Below are positions 61,938-64,000 of a stretch of DNA of 64,000 nucleotides, piece by piece. Origin of the DNA: Candidatus Poribacteria bacterium (GTDB lineage: Bacteria; Poribacteria; WGA-4E; WGA-3G); assembly GCA_964291315.2 (NCBI GenBank), contig OZ219750.1, forward strand, positions 1-64,000, given 5' to 3'. The position numbers and the translations under genes were made by a program. Below the pieces are notes generated by a model that was not told the DNA's origin, made no database searches, and worked only from the letters and a program-made list of their open reading frames with translations. Position 1 is the stretch's first letter. Each line of letters starts with the position of its first letter.

Positions 61938-62297
61938 AAACCTCCTGAGACTTTTAGGTATGACGATACACTTTTACCTCATGAAAATACTTATAAGGAT
62001 CATCTGGATTTCGTGAGGTTTGACAGCCTTCTCCGCATATTACCCGCCCGAATAAACAATGACACTTTAAAAGCTTATTGCTTATCAGGGCTATTTATGA
62101 TACCCCACGTTGCCACCTATTGCTAGTTAAAAATGTTACGGGTGTAACAAGGTGCTCTGTTTTTTCGCTTTCCGCTGTGAAAAATGTTGTGGAACGGGTA
62201 ACGTTTTAATGCCAGTGAACTTTGGAGCAGCATACAAGCTGTCAAAATATTTATATCCGCGCCGTTAGACTCATTGTATGTTAACTTGAGTTCGTTG

Positions 62298-62654
62298 TTA
62301 AAGCGGAATGTAAATAATTTGATCAATATATTCATCTTCGTCAGATGCTCCAGCGATGAGGATCAGCTGTTCGATGATCAATCTGATTGATACTTTGCGA
62401 TTAATTGTGAAAATGCCAGGAACATGATGTCCGGCTGCCAGATGGTCAGAGAGGTGTTTAGGCATACTTTTTCGATTGTTTGTTATTAAGATAAATTGGT
62501 TCTGTTCACACCACTCTAAGATTTTTGGATCTGAGGTGCCTTTCACAGGAGCTCTTTCCTCTCCGATCATCAAGACCGTTAAAGATGGTTCAAAGTCCAG
62601 CAATTGCGTGCGATAAATTCTAGGCAAATTTTCATCTATCAGATACCGACGCAT
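62298..62654 (-). CDS. DUF5615 PIN-like toxin
   Basis: YLIDENL, GTSDPKILEWC...ILITNN..SMP.H, HVPGIF. Confidence 0.88.
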   Translation of the reverse strand: MRRYLIDENLPRIYRTQLLDFEPSLTVLMIGEERAPVKGTSDPKILEWCEQNQFILITNNRKSMPKHLSDHLAAGHHVPGIFTINRKVSIRLIIEQLILIAGASDEDEYIDQIIYIPL

Positions 62655-62788
62655 CTTTATCCTTGTCTGTTTTTGGATAGAGGTTGCTGGGCTGCCCGTT
62701 TTTGGCGGATCTGGTGTGAATTATTAGAAGCATCTTTCCTTTCTGCTATAAGTTCATGCAGGCGAGCAGCCCTAGAAGGCGTTTTTTT

Positions 62789-64000
62789 CTACCCCGCCTG
62801 TTCCGTTGGGCGATATTTTAGATAATCATCCAAATATGCTCCAACTTCTTCTTGATTTTGAAGATAATATAGGATCGTTGCGTAAACTTGTTCTAGTGTG
62901 AGTGTATAGTAGTGATCAGCGATGACCACTGGAGTTTTACTAGCGTGAATGTACTCGCAGAGGATAGTTTCAATACCTACCCGTGTTCCTTTAAGACGAA
63001 TATCATCTTCTGCCAAAAATTCAAAATTATTTTCAAGGGGGCAGATCTGTCGAAAATCCTGGATCCGTTTGAGAATACTGTTTTTAGTCGGTAAAAAAAG
63101 TATGTACCTATTTTGAATTCGGGACTCAAGTTGCTTCAATATCGTGTGTGTATTCCGTCCAAATGTAAGTCCGGTTAATAATCCTAACGTCAAGAATTCT
63201 TTTTGCCTGAAAAGGGCTGACGTGTCCCAAAGTTTAAAGAGAAAATCAGCTGTAACGTCTAATGCCGAATTTAAATTCATTCGTTCTGCTCCTAAGGCAA
63301 GCATAAAGCTGTTGTAAGGTTCGAGGAGTGTCCAGTTTGCTCGTTTTGCAATTTCCAATAGTAGGTCAGCATCGAACGCTGTATGATAGTAGCGAGAACA
63401 GACCAACTTTATGGTCATCTCATCGTAGTCAACTTTATCTAGGAGTTTTTGCTTAACGCAATGTTCCAGTAAAACTTGTGTCCACACACCGTCAATTTGA
63501 AAGTTGGTTGCTGTCTCCTTATTGAAATTTGTTTTTGCATAATGTCTGAGGTGTCCATCGTCCGAAAAAAGTAAGTGCCCTGGCTGGCTTGCAAGAAGGA
63601 TAGTGTCAAGGAAATGTTGTTGTAGCCTAGAATTGAGTTCTCTCCTGCGTAATTGGTTTATCTCTAAACCGACAGTGGCTTGCCCAATTTCACAGTTCTT
63701 TCTAATCCAATCAGTAATTTTTTTTAGATATTCTATTCCGTGTTTCGTTTCCTCAGGGTTGATAATTTGTTTTACATACCGATTTCCTTTTTTCCCAACT
63801 ATCATTCCCTCGCGCTTAGACCACATTCCCTCTCTTTCACTGATGATACGCTGTAATTCATCAATAGTCGATTGGGCAATGCAGAGCTTTCCAAAGGTGT
63901 CGACCACAATATTTGCTGCATCCAAACAGTGTAAAGTAATTAAGGAAATAATATCTACAACAAGTTTAAGGTTGTGTTGATTAAGTAGGCTAAGGGCATT
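62789..64000 (-). CDS. Partial large protein: PIN-like domain with a C-terminal DUF433 domain (5' end outside the window)
   Basis: Frame is open to the window edge (..LVVDIISLITL..DTILLA..LFSDDGHLR..GVWTQ); ends with FLAEDDIRLKGTRVGIETIL..LTLEQVYATILYYL. Confidence 0.75.
   Translation of the reverse strand, partial: NALSLLNQHNLKLVVDIISLITLHCLDAANIVVDTFGKLCIAQSTIDELQRIISEREGMWSKREGMIVGKKGNRYVKQIINPEETKHGIEYLKKITDWIRKNCEIGQATVGLEINQLRRRELNSRLQQHFLDTILLASQPGHLLFSDDGHLRHYAKTNFNKETATNFQIDGVWTQVLLEHCVKQKLLDKVDYDEMTIKLVCSRYYHTAFDADLLLEIAKRANWTLLEPYNSFMLALGAERMNLNSALDVTADFLFKLWDTSALFRQKEFLTLGLLTGLTFGRNTHTILKQLESRIQNRYILFLPTKNSILKRIQDFRQICPLENNFEFLAEDDIRLKGTRVGIETILCEYIHASKTPVVIADHYYTLTLEQVYATILYYLQNQEEVGAYLDDYLKYRPTEQAG

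Overview
Bacterial genomic window, most likely from Candidatus Poribacteria. This is an inference from secreted proteins ending in a KL-x3-W-x2-3-K tail, Planctomycete-type DUF1549/DUF1501 genes, a UBact proteasome locus and TPR repeats. Left to right: (i) a GIY-YIG remnant, two solitary DNA methyltransferases, a secreted protein and a DUF1549/1553-DUF1501-PPC module; (ii) a ~29 kb + strand respiratory gene cluster behind a perfect sigma70 promoter. It encodes a Rieske/split cytochrome b6 complex with an octahaem cytochrome, a CydA-like (bd-like) oxidase with no CydB, several c-type cytochromes (one fused to an EB_dh/NxrC-like domain), two cupredoxin-motif proteins, an ABC transporter, a complete A1-type cytochrome c oxidase with CtaA/CtaB/SCO, and a USP/PCP_red/rubredoxin-Mrp module; (iii) a - strand tRNA-Ala-23S-5S unit with three tandem promoters and no 16S gene; (iv) a complete UBact-proteasome operon (arc-dop-ubact-prcB-prcA-pafA); (v) type I R-M genes (hsdS, hsdR) with Uma2, a YgjP-like peptidase and a PIN/DUF433/DUF5615 locus that runs off the right edge. 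Short palindromic repeats occupy many intergenic spaces. Family names come from motif recognition, not from database searches.
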